The notes beneath the pieces were generated by a model, which worked only from the letters and a program-made list of their open reading frames with translations, was not told the origin of the DNA and made no database searches. Both the position numbers and the translations under genes were made by a program. From a bacterium (GTDB lineage: Bacteria > Muiribacteriota > UBA6191), in assembly GCA_036339875.1 (NCBI GenBank), contig JAYZAC010000104.1:1-18091 (forward strand): a DNA stretch of 18,091 nucleotides. The letters are read 5' to 3'. Shown here piece after piece: positions 17,092-18,091 of this stretch (position 1 is its first letter; each line of letters starts with the position of its first letter).

Positions 17092-18091
17092 TATCACCAA
17101 ATAAATTATTTACTGACTTATCATCTGGCTTAATATTTGAATCTGCTTCCTCAACATCTTCGTCGAATTTACTAACTTCCGCATTAATGTTTTTGTGAAA
17201 ATCATAGACTAAAGGTCTGATTGTTTTACCATTATCCACCGGCGTGTAAACGCCTATGATTTGAGCTTTCGGATTTCCACATGTCTTTTGAATAGGTGCA
17301 GAAAAGCTTGATGCCGCTACCGTTTCAGATGTCTTTATCGCAATGTGGCCTGCTGGGTGAGTTCCACATATACTCCAAATTAAAACAGAACCAAGAGGTG
17401 CATCTAAAGCAGTTTGCATACCCAATTCCCTCTCACTTGAAGACGTATCATTAGCCTCAAACACTCTACTGAGGCGGAAAATATTTCTATCTTGTTCCTC
17501 TATCCACCCATGATGAAATTGGTTCGCATATGGCGGGTCATTGAGACGCCGATTTACTTGTCCAATATACCAAGGGTCAGTCTGCTGAAAATCATCATTC
17601 AATGCCTTTGCTACCGCGAATGATGCACATTCATAACAGTCTGATCTTGAAAAGTTTTTATTAGCACATTGTCCCTGTCTACCTCGAACTTTGCTAGTAG
17701 AATGACCAAGACTAACCGAATAATTATCGTGAAGCTGTTCCTTGGCTATTTCCATTTTTCGAAGTCTATACTCTTTCAGGGAATACTTTCTAATCTGAGT
17801 ACGAAGATAGGACAAACCTTTCTCAAAACCCTTTATCAATTTTTTTGCAGTTGTCCTATTGCTGAAAAACCATGCCTCAAGATTTAAGAATTGATTAATC
17901 ATCTCAATATTCTGTACGTTACCTCCAGATTTCAAAACGAGTGTGTATTGCCTGACTAGGAAGTATGAGAGCTTCATAAGATAAGTTTCATTAGCATTAG
18001 CTGCGCTCATACGATAATGCAGTTCACGCAGTCTGTTAAGTCCATCCTTTAATTTATGGCTACCTGAGTCTTTATTTGCTCCAATAACAGA
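17081..18091 (-). CDS. 5'-truncated protein with C-terminal CHAP/NlpC-P60-like (papain-fold) domain
   Basis: The frame stays open for 27 codons upstream of ATG 18010 (SVIGANKDSGSHKLKDGLNRLRELHYR) to the window edge, so the true start probably lies outside. Motifs SDCYECASFAVAKAL, APLGSVLIW, HPAGHIAI and IIGVYTP. Confidence 0.65.
   Translation of the reverse strand, partial: SVIGANKDSGSHKLKDGLNRLRELHYRMSAANANETYLMKLSYFLVRQYTLVLKSGGNVQNIEMINQFLNLEAWFFSNRTTAKKLIKGFEKGLSYLRTQIRKYSLKEYRLRKMEIAKEQLHDNYSVSLGHSTSKVRGRQGQCANKNFSRSDCYECASFAVAKALNDDFQQTDPWYIGQVNRRLNDPPYANQFHHGWIEEQDRNIFRLSRVFEANDTSSSERELGMQTALDAPLGSVLIWSICGTHPAGHIAIKTSETVAASSFSAPIQKTCGNPKAQIIGVYTPVDNGKTIRPLVYDFHKNINAEVSKFDEDVEEADSNIKPDDKSVNNLFGDINF

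Noticed and set aside
97..17887. Short alternative ORFs in the track (97-282, 610-801, 2222-2650, 2232-2429, 3778-4047, 4255-4515, 4690-4902, 5594-5791, 7882-8082, 8387-8575, 12558-12809, 13501-13713, 15202-15438, 17669-17887)
   Set aside because: They overlap better-supported genes in antisense or in another frame, many are Ser/Leu/Phe-rich as typical shadows are, and none shows a recognisable motif.
15928..18091. Effector-immunity pairing of the CHAP-like gene with the convergent pseudo-Trx gene (11-nt 3' overlap)
   Set aside because: Immunity genes are normally co-oriented with the effector. Tight convergent ends also occur at 1081/1083 and reflect genome compactness.
1..18091. CRISPR array, mobile element, prophage or defence island
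   Set aside because: No regularly spaced repeats, transposase, integrase or phage genes seen. The WYL-like fusion has no recognisable defence neighbours in this window.

Overview
Gene-dense, AT-rich bacterial chromosomal window (diderm, judging by an outer-membrane beta-barrel). Housekeeping genes are interleaved with divergent hypothetical, mostly exported proteins. Confident calls: cyclophilin-type PPIase, full-length tricorn (S41) protease, clan GH-J (GH32/GH68-like) glycosidase, two DEDDh 3'-5' exonucleases, NADP-type isocitrate dehydrogenase (icd) and a type-2 isoleucyl-tRNA synthetase (ileS). icd and ileS converge on a perfect 26-bp palindromic terminator. I saw no rRNA, tRNA, CRISPR array, integrase or transposase. 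The most unusual elements are in the right third: (1) a DEDDh exonuclease fused to a degenerate C-terminal WYL-like domain, with a possibly structured leader, 8 nt upstream of a COG4313-like outer-membrane barrel gene; (2) an exported protein with a cysteine-less thioredoxin fold and a possible SHD1-like module; (3) an edge-truncated protein with a CHAP/NlpC-P60-like Cys-His domain. All domain calls are by-eye motif recognition; no searches were run. The evidence for a coherent new multi-gene system is suggestive at best.
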